Under the pieces are notes generated by a model. The model searched no databases. It saw only the letters and a list, made by a program, of their open reading frames with translations, and had not been told where the DNA came from. The position numbers and the translations under genes are program-made. From an uncultured Planctomycetales bacterium (GTDB lineage Bacteria > Planctomycetota > Phycisphaerae > UBA1845 > G020352895): a stretch of DNA of 64,000 bases. The stretch spans positions 5,540-69,539 of the forward strand of contig CAZNDQ010000001.1 in assembly GCA_964571825.1 (NCBI GenBank). The letters are read 5' to 3'. This document shows, piece by piece, positions 16,530 through 25,090 of this stretch; within the stretch, counting starts at the first letter, position 1, and each line of letters starts with the position of its first letter.

Positions 16530-17486
16530 TCACCCAGCCAAGCCCCGGAACAGCGACGGCTGCGCCGGCTCATTGTTGCATGCTGGCGAGAACCAGATCA
16601 CCTCCAGCTCAGTCGTCTTGCTGCCCGAGTACGTGTGCCGGCCGCGAGACCAGCGATACTCGGACCACCCCGGCATGTCGTGCTCGCCTTGGTGCCCACA
16701 CAGCGCAACGCGCAGGTTCTCGTTTGCGCGACACCACTCCGCGACGGCCCCGGCGACGCTGCCGGAGCCGTAGACGCCTTCGAAGCCGTCATAGGGCGGG
16801 TCCATGAAGCACGCGGTGTCGTCGCCGCCGTAGTGGTGATTCAGGCAGCGCGACCAGTCGCCGTGAATGACGCGGACGCGCTCTAGCCGGTCGGCGAGTT
16901 GTCGCAACCAGCGCAGCGCAACACGCCCCGACGATGTGAGCATCTCCGGATCGCCCCTCCCGGCGTTGCCGCTGTGGGGGACTTGGCCGATGGCTTGGAC
17001 GCCCCTCCCGGCGTCGCTGCTGTGGGGGACTTGGCCGATGGCTTGGACGCCCCTGCCGGCGTCGCTGCTGTGGGGGACTTGGCCGAACCAATCGCACCAC
17101 CCCGATCCGATCCACGCGCACTGCCCCCATAGCCACCAGCCAGCGACCTTGGCGTCACCTGGCCAGTCCGGGTCCTGCAGCTCAGCGCCGAGTCGTTCGC
17201 GCTGTTGCATGAGCCAGCCATGGCGCGCGCCCATGTCGATGTGACTCACAGGGTAGTCGGCCCACTCTGCGACCGCGTCGGGCTGGTGCTTCGTGCACCG
17301 CCAAAAATTGGCGACCATGCCGTTGAGATCGCCGATAACTTCCAGCGACGCGGGCCGCGGCGCACCGAGCAGGACGGCTGCGCTGCCGCAGAACGGTTCG
17401 ATGTATTGCTTTGGCGAACCGAAGCGCCGCCACACCTCGTCGACGACTGCGCTTTTTCCGCCGAAGTACGGCCAGGGAGCCTTCAT
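16530..17486 (-). CDS. D12-class (Dam-like) N6-adenine DNA methyltransferase with internal 16-aa repeats
   Basis: PYFGGK near the N-terminus and DPPY later. GQVPHSSDAGRGVQAI repeated about 2.8 times. Confidence 0.8.
   Translation of the reverse strand: MKAPWPYFGGKSAVVDEVWRRFGSPKQYIEPFCGSAAVLLGAPRPASLEVIGDLNGMVANFWRCTKHQPDAVAEWADYPVSHIDMGARHGWLMQQRERLGAELQDPDWPGDAKVAGWWLWGQCAWIGSGWCDWFGQVPHSSDAGRGVQAIGQVPHSSDAGRGVQAIGQVPHSGNAGRGDPEMLTSSGRVALRWLRQLADRLERVRVIHGDWSRCLNHHYGGDDTACFMDPPYDGFEGVYGSGSVAGAVAEWCRANENLRVALCGHQGEHDMPGWSEYRWSRGRHTYSGSKTTELEVIWFSPACNNEPAQPSLFRGLAG
16953..17089 (-). repeat. 48-nt tandem repeat, about 2.85 copies, in frame
   Basis: Copies at 16953..17000, 17001..17048 and 17049..17089, with 2-3 substitutions. 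Confidence 0.9.
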
Positions 17487-17490
17487 GCGC

Positions 17491-17507
17491 GCCGCATAGC
17501 ACGACAC
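17491..17507 (-). promoter_or_regulatory. class II 17-mer GTGTCGTGCTATGCGGC
   Basis: 17/17 match. ATG at 17486 lies 6 nt after TATGCG, with no SD. Confidence 0.6.
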
Positions 17508-17508
17508 A

Positions 17509-18810
17509 CTAGCCCACCAGCTCCACACCATCCGCAGCGAGCCGCGCGATCAGCTCCGCCACCTCGTCCATCCCACCGTCGCCAAGCGCACCGGGTTTAC
17601 CCTCGGGCCACATGATGTACCCGGGCACACGTGGCGCACCGCTATCAGGCGGCTCGTCCGCGGCGACAGGCGGCGCAACAGCGCGGTCGTGACACCACGG
17701 CGGGAGCGACACGTAGCCCAGCAGCGCTGGGTCGCTCGCCGGTCGCTCCGTGATGCGCCACGACGTGCCCTCGTTGGCCCCGATGGTCCGCTCGCCCGAC
17801 GTGTCGGCATCGATGACGCGGCACCCGTGACGCTGCCACGCCTCGGTGCCGCGCTTGCTGATGCGCCAGTCGCCTGGGCGCGGGATGTACCCGTGCGCGC
17901 GTGTACGCCACAGACCGAGGCGCTGCGCGTCCTGCTGCATCTCCAGCCCGCTAACACGGTACGCGTGCGGCAACGTCTCGCCCGGCAGCAACGCCATACG
18001 CCCCGCGAAGCACCCGCCAGCAACGCACCAGTCACCCGACGTGAGGCCGAGCTTCGTCTCGCGACCTCCGATGACGCGCGTGGCCGGCGCGAAGTACTCC
18101 GCGATGCGCGGTCCAGTGTTGTGGCCGCGCGTCTCGAGGTTCCCGCGTGCCAGCTCAGCGTACGACGCTTCGATGCACCGCTCCGCGTAGCTGCGCGCCG
18201 GGTCCTGCCATGGGTCTGTGGGCGGCATGTCGGTCGCGTCGTCAGCGGGTCGCATCAGCACCAGCGTCATGCTGTAATCCACATGATTCTCACCGTGCGA
18301 CGTGTCGGTGCTGCGCTGGACGATCTGTGCCGTCGTCTCGTTGGACTCGGCCGGATGCGTAGGGAGACCCCAGTCGACGCCACGCGGAACGTGCCACCCG
18401 TACAGGTAGCGCACCGCGAGCCCCGCAGGCGTGGCGCACCAGTGCTTGCCCACGTTGCCGACGACACCCGGAGCGGCGACGCCGCGATCGGTGAGCGCCG
18501 CTGCGATGTCGGCGTCGATGGCAGCGCTGTGCTTGGCGCCGTCATCGTTGGCTCGCGCCGCCGGTTTGCCTGATGACGCAGCAAGCCACAGCTGTTGTGT
18601 GTGCGGCCGGTTCTTCAGCCACGCCGATTCCCACCGCGCATCAAGCACGTTCGGCACCGGCAGCAGCGCGCCTAGCCTGTGCGCCCACTCCTCAGCGTCG
18701 GCATACGACACGTTGATGCGCTTACCGTCGATGCGCAGGGCATCGCGTGACACGTCCCAGCGCGAGCCGTTGCGCAGCGTGATGGTCGCCCAGTCGTGTT
18801 GCGCGGTCAC
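17509..18810 (-). CDS. putative cell-wall hydrolase (NlpC/P60- or CHAP-like central domain)
   Basis: GHNTGPRIAEYF...WCVAGGCF...PRPGDW...HGCRV pattern. GTG at 18810 after GGAGGA, with a GTGA overlap. Confidence 0.5.
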   Translation of the reverse strand: MTAQHDWATITLRNGSRWDVSRDALRIDGKRINVSYADAEEWAHRLGALLPVPNVLDARWESAWLKNRPHTQQLWLAASSGKPAARANDDGAKHSAAIDADIAAALTDRGVAAPGVVGNVGKHWCATPAGLAVRYLYGWHVPRGVDWGLPTHPAESNETTAQIVQRSTDTSHGENHVDYSMTLVLMRPADDATDMPPTDPWQDPARSYAERCIEASYAELARGNLETRGHNTGPRIAEYFAPATRVIGGRETKLGLTSGDWCVAGGCFAGRMALLPGETLPHAYRVSGLEMQQDAQRLGLWRTRAHGYIPRPGDWRISKRGTEAWQRHGCRVIDADTSGERTIGANEGTSWRITERPASDPALLGYVSLPPWCHDRAVAPPVAADEPPDSGAPRVPGYIMWPEGKPGALGDGGMDEVAELIARLAADGVELVG

Positions 18811-19037
18811 TTCTCGGCGTCCTCCACGCACTTGCCCCACTGGCCGAGACAGAAATTAAGGCACTTGTCGAGATCGGGCTGACGCTTCTCATGCGCCTCG
18901 TGGCACTTCTGGGCGCAATACACCAGTCTATGGTGACACCGGTGTCGCGCCTCGTTGTCGTCGGGCCGGTGCCCGTCGCCATGCATCGGCGCCGCATTAG
19001 CGAGCAGCGCAGCGAACAGGATCGCGGCGAGCTTCAC
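18807..19037 (-). CDS. secreted Cys/His-rich small protein
   Basis: Signal peptide MKLAAILFAALLANA, then 6 Cys in 55 aa. Confidence 0.5.
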   Translation of the reverse strand: MKLAAILFAALLANAAPMHGDGHRPDDNEARHRCHHRLVYCAQKCHEAHEKRQPDLDKCLNFCLGQWGKCVEDAEK

Positions 19038-19384
19038 AGCTCCTCCGCAATCTCATCGACGCACACCGCAACGCATCGCATCGCGTCCGGCATGCACGCC
19101 ACACCGCCGTCCACCGCCTCCAGCGCGGCGCGCATGCAGTCGTTCAGCGCGTAGCCGCACTCGCGGTTACACTCCGCATCGTCGCCGCACGCGTCGATGC
19201 ACAGGTCCACCGTGTCGACGCAAGCCTCGGCGTCGTCCAGCGCGTCGCCGAGCTGCCGCGCGCACGAATCCGCACCGCTGACACAATCGCCGAAACAGTC
19301 CACGGCGCCGTCGACCGCTGGGATGCAGGTCAGTCCGAGCAGCGCCAATGTCAGCGCGGCTACACTTCGCCTCACGATACTCAT
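19034..19384 (-). CDS. secreted Cys-rich acidic protein
   Basis: ATG at 19384 gives MSIVRRSVAALTLALLGLTC, then 12 Cys. Preceded by an AGGTGGA SD inside a 5-codon uORF. Confidence 0.55.
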   Translation of the reverse strand: MSIVRRSVAALTLALLGLTCIPAVDGAVDCFGDCVSGADSCARQLGDALDDAEACVDTVDLCIDACGDDAECNRECGYALNDCMRAALEAVDGGVACMPDAMRCVAVCVDEIAEEL

Positions 19385-19402
19385 CGCATCCACCTCATGC
19401 GT

Positions 19403-19419
19403 GCCGCATAGCACGACAC
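19403..19419 (-). promoter_or_regulatory. class II 17-mer GTGTCGTGCTATGCGGC
   Basis: 17/17 match. ATG of uORF MRWMR (19398) lies 6 nt after TATGCG. Confidence 0.6.
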
Positions 19420-19462
19420 GTTTTGCCCACCGCGGCGCTCCAGGTAGACAACTTTGTCCCGC

Positions 19463-19515
19463 AGAAATAGAAAACGCCGCCACCCGGCCCGGGAGGGACA
19501 AGCCAGGTGGCGGCG
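19463..19515 (-). terminator. Rho-independent terminator
   Basis: 10-bp stem CGCCGCCACC/GGTGGCGGCG followed by TTTTCTATTTCT on the minus strand. Confidence 0.65.
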
Positions 19516-19576
19516 CAAGTTGCAGCCGCGACGATGCGCGGCGAAGGCCCAGGCGCGGCCCGGACTCCAGTGTAAT

Positions 19577-20143
19577 CTATGGTGACGGCGCGCAGGAGTC
19601 GTAGCCGCGCTGTGCCGCTTCGATGCGCTCAGGTGGCGCCGGGTGCGTCGTCGCGGTCCCGCCACCGGTGCTGCGCAGAAACGCGGTGAACCCGCTCAGA
19701 TGGCAGCTGACTAGCGCCAATGCGCAGCCAGCCACCGAGTCGGCGTACAGCTCGCGCTCGTGGTCGGACATGTCGACGCGTCGCGACAGGGCGTGATCGG
19801 CGTGTGCCAACTCATGCGCGAAGATGCCGATCGGCGCGCCCGGTCCGAGGTTGTCGCCGAGCATCTCCATCGCGCCGCGGTCGAACTCGATCTCAGCGGT
19901 GCGCGCGTCCGGGTCAATCTCGATCGTCGCGATCGGCGGGTAGTCATACGTCGGCTTCAGCACGACGTGATCCGGCACGGCGAGGCTCGGCGAGCGACGC
20001 TCCCTCACGAGCCGCAGCCCCTGTACCGCGATGGCGTAGGCCATCTCTGCGCTCAGCTCGCCGCACGGGCAGTAGCGGGCGACGCGTGCTTGCTGGCACC
20101 CGCTCAGAATTGTCAGAACGAGGACCAACAGCAACGCGCGCAC
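19577..20143 (-). CDS. lipoprotein, putative zinc metallopeptidase
   Basis: Lipobox LTILSGC, HELAH (HEXXH) motif, GTG start after AAGGAG. Confidence 0.6.
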   Translation of the reverse strand: MRALLLVLVLTILSGCQQARVARYCPCGELSAEMAYAIAVQGLRLVRERRSPSLAVPDHVVLKPTYDYPPIATIEIDPDARTAEIEFDRGAMEMLGDNLGPGAPIGIFAHELAHADHALSRRVDMSDHERELYADSVAGCALALVSCHLSGFTAFLRSTGGGTATTHPAPPERIEAAQRGYDSCAPSP

Positions 20144-20146
20144 GGC

Positions 20147-20284
20147 TTACTCCTTTGGGCGACGACGGCGACGCAGCTCGGCGTCAATGTCCTTGTCGAC
20201 TGCGTCCCGCTGCTCTTTGCTGTCACCCGCGGCGCGCTTGTACAGCGCGGCGATGACGTCCAGCAGCCTGTCGATCCACTTCAC
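20147..20284 (-). CDS. possible 45-aa basic protein
   Basis: GTG overlapping the upstream stop. High GC3. Below the track cut-off. Confidence 0.3.
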   Translation of the reverse strand: MKWIDRLLDVIAALYKRAAGDSKEQRDAVDKDIDAELRRRRRPKE

Positions 20285-20490
20285 TTGCGCAACTCCCGCT
20301 CGTACAGCCGCACGCCGCGCACGCACGCAACGTCACGGTCGGCGACCACGTCGGCGTCGGTCTGGTAATCCTCGAGGCACCGTTCCTGAGCCGCCTCGTA
20401 TGGCCCGACGACGAAAGGGCAGCACCCCGACAGCGCGTTCGCGATCACGATGACCAGCCCGAACAGCAGGATCTTCAACTCCACACTCAT
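20281..20490 (-). CDS. small lipoprotein (o-spanin-like size)
   Basis: MSVELKILLFGLVIVIANALSGC has a lipobox. ATGA overlap with the upstream gene. Confidence 0.5.
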   Translation of the reverse strand: MSVELKILLFGLVIVIANALSGCCPFVVGPYEAAQERCLEDYQTDADVVADRDVACVRGVRLYERELRK

Positions 20491-20693
20491 GTCAGCCTCG
20501 CCTCGTTCCGTGCGCGACGTCGCGCCGAGCACCCGGCGTCGTAGCCGTCGTCAAACGCGTCGCGCTCCCTCTCGTTCCACACGTCGTCGGCCTGCGCCGG
20601 GATGCGATCCAGCAGGCCAATGGCACCGCGGCGCCAGCCCATCATGTAGGCGCGCATCGCGGACGAGTCGTCCAACTGCTCTACGTTCTCCAT
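20487..20693 (-). CDS. hypothetical protein
   Basis: 68-aa ORF packed in the operon. Confidence 0.4.
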   Translation of the reverse strand: MENVEQLDDSSAMRAYMMGWRRGAIGLLDRIPAQADDVWNERERDAFDDGYDAGCSARRRARNEARLT

Positions 20694-20902
20694 GTGGCCC
20701 TCTCGTATGCCGCCGCGGCGAGCGCCAACTTTTCCAGCAGCAGCTTCGCAAGCCGGTCCACGGTGAACTGTCGCGGACTACCGGACCAGCTCATGTGGTG
20801 CGGCCCAGCGTCGCCGTCCAGTTCGATACGGATCGACATGCGAGATGCGCCACAGCCCTTCACGAGCCGCATCGCCTGCCTGAACGTCAACGGCCGATCC
20901 AT
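20681..20902 (-). CDS. hypothetical protein
   Basis: 73-aa ORF packed in the operon. Confidence 0.4.
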   Translation of the reverse strand: MDRPLTFRQAMRLVKGCGASRMSIRIELDGDAGPHHMSWSGSPRQFTVDRLAKLLLEKLALAAAAYERATWRT

Positions 20903-20958
20903 GTCACCAGCGCAACAGCAACACGCTCACGATCGCGAGCAGCGTTGAGAAGAGTCGC

Positions 20959-21312
20959 TCAACCCAGTGCACGGCGCCGCTCCTGTCGACTCTCGTGGCA
21001 CCCGTCACACAGCGTCAGTATCCAACCGCCGCCACGCCGGCTGCCAGCCGCCCCGCAGTTCTCACAGGTTCGCGCACACTCCTCCTCAGCGGTGCGAATC
21101 AGCGCCTCGGCGGTGTCATAATCGCTGCTTTCGTGATACACTCGCAGTCCGCCGAACTTTTCCTTGACCTGCGTCACCGTGACACCACCGAGATCAGCGA
21201 GCTGTTCACCGAGTCGCTCCACGATCGGAACCCATCCGTCACCGACGTCGACGCCGCAGCGTACGTTTTGGTAAATCGGCATGCGCGCAATCATGTCTGC
21301 CAGTTTGCTCAT
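20959..21312 (-). CDS. hypothetical protein (KEKFGGLR motif, C-terminal CxxC..CxxC)
   Basis: ATG at 21312 lies 6 nt after the TATGCG of a class II motif. Confidence 0.5.
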   Translation of the reverse strand: MSKLADMIARMPIYQNVRCGVDVGDGWVPIVERLGEQLADLGGVTVTQVKEKFGGLRVYHESSDYDTAEALIRTAEEECARTCENCGAAGSRRGGGWILTLCDGCHESRQERRRALG

Positions 21313-21316
21313 GCGG

Positions 21317-21333
21317 GCCGCATAGCACGACAC
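21317..21333 (-). promoter_or_regulatory. class II 17-mer GTGTCGTGCTATGCGGC
   Basis: 17/17 match with leaderless spacing to the ATG at 21312. Confidence 0.6.
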
Positions 21334-21340
21334 ACCACGG

Positions 21341-21640
21341 CTACTGCGCTGGCGGAACGGCGGGCTTCGTAGCGCGCAGGTTCAGCAGCGCGAACGCCAC
21401 GGTCAGCCCAGCGACCAGCGACTCCATCCACGGCCGACCAGCAATTAGCAGCGGTGCAGCGGTACCGGCCGCGCCGATGAGCGCGCCGCGCAACGTGGGC
21501 AGCATGGCCCGCCACTGCTCGGCGAGCGGCACGCCGTCCTGGTACTTCGCGGCGATCCACGTGACCAGCACGAGGACCGAGCCGACCATTGGGCCGAGCA
21601 TGCCAGAGGTGAGTGCGTTTGCGATTGTCTGCTCGTCCAT
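21341..21640 (-). CDS. membrane protein, holin candidate
   Basis: Three hydrophobic spans. Follows the XhlA-like gene after the fibre genes. Confidence 0.4.
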   Translation of the reverse strand: MDEQTIANALTSGMLGPMVGSVLVLVTWIAAKYQDGVPLAEQWRAMLPTLRGALIGAAGTAAPLLIAGRPWMESLVAGLTVAFALLNLRATKPAVPPAQ

Positions 21641-21644
21641 GGTT

Positions 21645-21851
21645 CTATCCGATCGCGAATTGCGCGCCGACGTAGGCGCTGAGAAAGATCGTACCGACGA
21701 GGAACAGTGAGCCTACGACCCACCGTCCCCAGTGTCGCCGCGACTCCTTGACGTCGCACACCGCGGCCTCAACCACCGCGAGGCGCTTGTCGATGTCGTG
21801 GACCTTCTCTTCGATCCGGTCCAGCTGCGTCTGTCCAGGGCCTCGCATCAT
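21645..21851 (-). CDS. XhlA-like tail-anchored membrane protein
   Basis: N-terminal coiled region (LDRIEEKVHDIDKRLAVVE) plus a single C-terminal TM, as in XhlA lysis-associated proteins. Confidence 0.45.
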   Translation of the reverse strand: MMRGPGQTQLDRIEEKVHDIDKRLAVVEAAVCDVKESRRHWGRWVVGSLFLVGTIFLSAYVGAQFAIG

Positions 21852-21855
21852 GTGG

Positions 21856-22656
21856 CTATCCGAAGTTGTGCGTCATGAGCTTGTAGACGTGGAACACGTA
21901 TGACGTCTCGTTGGCTGAGTCGGGCGTGAACGTAGCCAGCACGTTGCCGCCGCTTGCCTCGAGGGTGCGCGCCCATGCCTCGTCGTCCTCACCATCTTGC
22001 CCGCCGCTTGAGCCGATCGCCGACGCTGTTCCAGAGATGCACTTGAATCCGAGGATCACGTTGTACCAGGCGCCGTGTGGCGTCGTTGCGTCGAACGCCA
22101 GCAGCCGCAACGCGTACACAGACACCTCGTCGTCCGCCATTGCGATCGTGGCGAGCGTCGTCTTGCCCGCTCCGCCCGCGAGTGCCCCGGAGCCGCTCGC
22201 GACCAGTTCGCCCCAGGAGCCACGGATCGATGGGTTGATCGCAGCCACGCCGCCGAACGTGGCGTCGCTGACGTTGTCCTCGTCGTCCAGTTCGCCAGCG
22301 CACAGGACCTCGCGCCCAGATACGGTAGGGACGTACCACTTTACCTCGGCGCTCATCGCGGCGGATGGCCGCGACGTGCTCGGGTCGATGCCGCCCGCAA
22401 CCGTGGCCTTCAGCACGCCAGCGGTGCCTGCCTCGCCAGCGGTGAACGACACGGTCTGATTCACGCTGCCCGATGGCGTCAACGTGTAGTCGCTGTCGTC
22501 GGTGGTCTCGTCGGTGCGCGATACCGCCCACGTCACCGGAGCAACGCCAGCGATGTCGTCTAGCGTCGCGACGATCGCGCCACCGGCGGCGACAGCGACC
22601 TTGGCACCGACCGCGGCGCCGTTGATCGAAAATGCGGGACTCGGTGTCGTCGGCAT
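21856..22656 (-). CDS. putative tail fibre or fibre-associated protein
   Basis: Position after the baseplate genes. Gly/Ala/Thr-rich. Confidence 0.4.
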   Translation of the reverse strand: MPTTPSPAFSINGAAVGAKVAVAAGGAIVATLDDIAGVAPVTWAVSRTDETTDDSDYTLTPSGSVNQTVSFTAGEAGTAGVLKATVAGGIDPSTSRPSAAMSAEVKWYVPTVSGREVLCAGELDDEDNVSDATFGGVAAINPSIRGSWGELVASGSGALAGGAGKTTLATIAMADDEVSVYALRLLAFDATTPHGAWYNVILGFKCISGTASAIGSSGGQDGEDDEAWARTLEASGGNVLATFTPDSANETSYVFHVYKLMTHNFG

Positions 22657-23747
22657 CAGGAGAATCCGTATCGGTGCCGCGCGTCCTGGATGCCCTCGGG
22701 CTCACCGGTCGGCGCGGTTGGGTTCGTGGCAACGATCGCGTCCAGGTACGCCACGATCAGGTCGTCGAGTTTGCTAGGCGCCGCGAGCGTGTTGGTGCTG
22801 TCCGCTGCGCCGTGCGTGTCAGGCGATGCGATCTGCACGCGGTGCCGCTCGTAGCAGCGCTCACGCAGGTCAGCGCTCAGCACCGTGGCTTGCGCCAACG
22901 TCTGCGCGGCTGGCGCAACGGGCACGTTCGTGCCGTCGTCGTGGTCCTCGGTGTGCCACGGGTTGCTGCTGCCGCCCACCGGCGCGTTGCCGCCGAGGTT
23001 GTACTCTGTAGTGCTGGTCAGCAGGTGACCGAGCAGCGCCTCGTGGAGCAGGTTCAACGTGGCGATGGCGGCTGCCTGCGAGCCGGTGCCGTGCGCGTGG
23101 ACGCCGTTGGTGATGTCCGCCGACACGTGCACGCTGCCGCTCGTTAGTTCGCGGTGCGCCTCGTAGTTGGTGAGCAGGTCCGCGACGCCCGTCTGCAGGT
23201 CGGTTCCTGCCGAAGCGACAGTGACGCCAACGAGCGCGGCGAGAGGCGACGTGACGCTGCTCTGTAGCGCTGCGATGCGCGCCGTTTCGGTGGTCGGCTC
23301 CACAAGCGTAGCGGCGCGGATCGTTTCGTCGACAATCGTGAGCCGCAGCGTTGCGCCGTCGCCTGCCTCGGTGCCGATGTACAGATCCGACGTGGCGCCG
23401 ACGTGTGCCGTGCCCTCCTCTGTGCCGAGGATGTGCACGCCGCGCACGCCGGCCGGATCGCCATCGAACGACGGCGCGCCTGGATCGCGGCGGATGTCGA
23501 CGACCGTTACGCCGTACTCACCGGCCACGTCTGGCGTGAACGTTTCGACGTTGGTCCCCGCGAGCAGCGCCGCGACAACGCCGGTCTGGTCCTCGTCGGT
23601 CGGCGTGACAAGCAGACCAGTGGTAAGCGCGGACTCGGCCGGCACGGACGACAAGATCCAGACGCGGTCTGTTCCGCTGAGCGCGTCGGACGACAGCGTG
23701 ATGGTTTCGCCGACGACGGGATAGGTCGGCGAGGTGGAGATCGTCAT
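22656..23747 (-). CDS. putative tail fibre protein
   Basis: Position. 363 aa, Thr/Gly/Ala-rich. Confidence 0.4.
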   Translation of the reverse strand: MTISTSPTYPVVGETITLSSDALSGTDRVWILSSVPAESALTTGLLVTPTDEDQTGVVAALLAGTNVETFTPDVAGEYGVTVVDIRRDPGAPSFDGDPAGVRGVHILGTEEGTAHVGATSDLYIGTEAGDGATLRLTIVDETIRAATLVEPTTETARIAALQSSVTSPLAALVGVTVASAGTDLQTGVADLLTNYEAHRELTSGSVHVSADITNGVHAHGTGSQAAAIATLNLLHEALLGHLLTSTTEYNLGGNAPVGGSSNPWHTEDHDDGTNVPVAPAAQTLAQATVLSADLRERCYERHRVQIASPDTHGAADSTNTLAAPSKLDDLIVAYLDAIVATNPTAPTGEPEGIQDARHRYGFS

Positions 23748-23750
23748 GTG

Positions 23751-24341
23751 CTATGGCGTGCCGATGCCGTACGCCACCGGGGTCCACTCACCCTGCGGGT
23801 TGGACGCGGTGAGCGACGTGTCGAACATGAGGTCCACGAAATCGGTGGCGGTGTTGTTGCTGGTGTAGATCGGATTGCTGTTCCCGCCCTCGCTCGCGAC
23901 GGCGATGTCGTGCGTGGCGCTCGGGATGTTGAACGAGATCCGAATCACTTCACCGTTGACGCACGGTTCGGCCATCGACGCCTTCACCGTGATCGTGTGG
24001 GTCGACGTGGCCGCGGAGCTGTCCACGAGGTACAGTGTTCCGGCGCTGCCTGCGTCAAGATCGCGGATAGTCACGTTGGCATTCGTGATGGTCACGCGGG
24101 TTGGCGGGCATGCCTGCCTGCCGCTTGTGCCGAACGTGTACGTGCCGGACAGCGACGTGTCTGTCTGCACGCCACCGAAGCCGCTGCCGTTGAAGTTGAC
24201 CGCGGCGGACGGCGTGTAGTTGCCGCCTGAGGTTCCGTCGACTGCGCGCGACTGGTTAATGTCGAGCTGATTCAACGCAGCGGCGAGCAGTCGCGAGACG
24301 CCATCAGTGAGGCCGAGCGGCCAGACGCGAGAGAATGCCAT
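23751..24341 (-). CDS. putative tail fibre or baseplate-distal protein
   Basis: Position only. Confidence 0.35.
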   Translation of the reverse strand: MAFSRVWPLGLTDGVSRLLAAALNQLDINQSRAVDGTSGGNYTPSAAVNFNGSGFGGVQTDTSLSGTYTFGTSGRQACPPTRVTITNANVTIRDLDAGSAGTLYLVDSSAATSTHTITVKASMAEPCVNGEVIRISFNIPSATHDIAVASEGGNSNPIYTSNNTATDFVDLMFDTSLTASNPQGEWTPVAYGIGTP

Positions 24342-24377
24342 GTCAGATGTCGCGGTATTTGAGGCACCGCGCTGCCA

Positions 24378-25025
24378 TTAGATCAGTGCGTGTCCGATGA
24401 TCGTTTCCCCGACGATGAACTCAGTACCGGTTCCGATCTCGTACGTGAGCCACGCGGGGCGCATGTGGTCCAGCGTGTTGGCGAGGTTCTCCACCTTGCG
24501 CAGGAACGTCGGCTCGTTGAGGCCATTCTTGTTCATCCGGATCGCGATGTGCGCCGTGTTGCTGCTGAACTCGTAGCCAGGCGGACCGGGATTGACGCCG
24601 GGCCAGTAAGCGACGCGGTCCGCGTCAGGCACCGGGACGAGCGCTTCGAAGTTGTCGCCGAGTGCGGTGCGCGCCGCTTCCTCGAGATCTGACAGCGCGT
24701 TACGTGTCACGCCGCGCAGGCGCGATGCGATGCGGCGTCGTCGGTCAACGAGCGTGTCGTTGCGGCCGACGCGGATCCGCATGATCGTCTCCCAGTCCGC
24801 CAAGGCATCCTGCATCTTGAGCGGGAACGCCTGGTTGCCGGCGCGACGATTGATCGCCCACAGCATCGTGATGGCGAGCGCGTCCGTCTTCGCTTCGATG
24901 TTCGCTTCGGACTCGCTGCCAACGTCCCAGCCCGGCGCGAGGTAGTCCAGGATCGCCTGGTGCTCCTGCTCCAGCGTGGGATCGTGCGCTCCGAAGCGCC
25001 ACGGGAAGCGCGCGGGGAATCGCAT
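24378..25025 (-). CDS. Mu gp48-like (DUF2313) baseplate protein
   Basis: Size, position near baseplate J, and the DYLAPGW.. / RRRIASRL pattern recalled from DUF2313. Confidence 0.5.
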   Translation of the reverse strand: MRFPARFPWRFGAHDPTLEQEHQAILDYLAPGWDVGSESEANIEAKTDALAITMLWAINRRAGNQAFPLKMQDALADWETIMRIRVGRNDTLVDRRRRIASRLRGVTRNALSDLEEAARTALGDNFEALVPVPDADRVAYWPGVNPGPPGYEFSSNTAHIAIRMNKNGLNEPTFLRKVENLANTLDHMRPAWLTYEIGTGTEFIVGETIIGHALI

Positions 25026-25071
25026 CAGCTAGCCGTCGCAGCTTTGAGGCGCCGCGCTGCCTTTGTGTGAA

Positions 25072-25087
25072 TCGTGTAGCACGACGA
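25072..25087 (-). promoter_or_regulatory. weak class II variant (GTCGTCGTGCTACACG)
   Basis: Shares TCGTGCTA. About 45 nt upstream of the ATG at 25025. Confidence 0.25.
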
Positions 25088-25090
25088 CCA

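Noticed and set aside
16953-17089. A CRISPR-like array. The same question arose for 27601..27851.
   Set aside because: These are contiguous tandem repeats with no spacers. They are in frame within coding sequence, and there are no cas genes.
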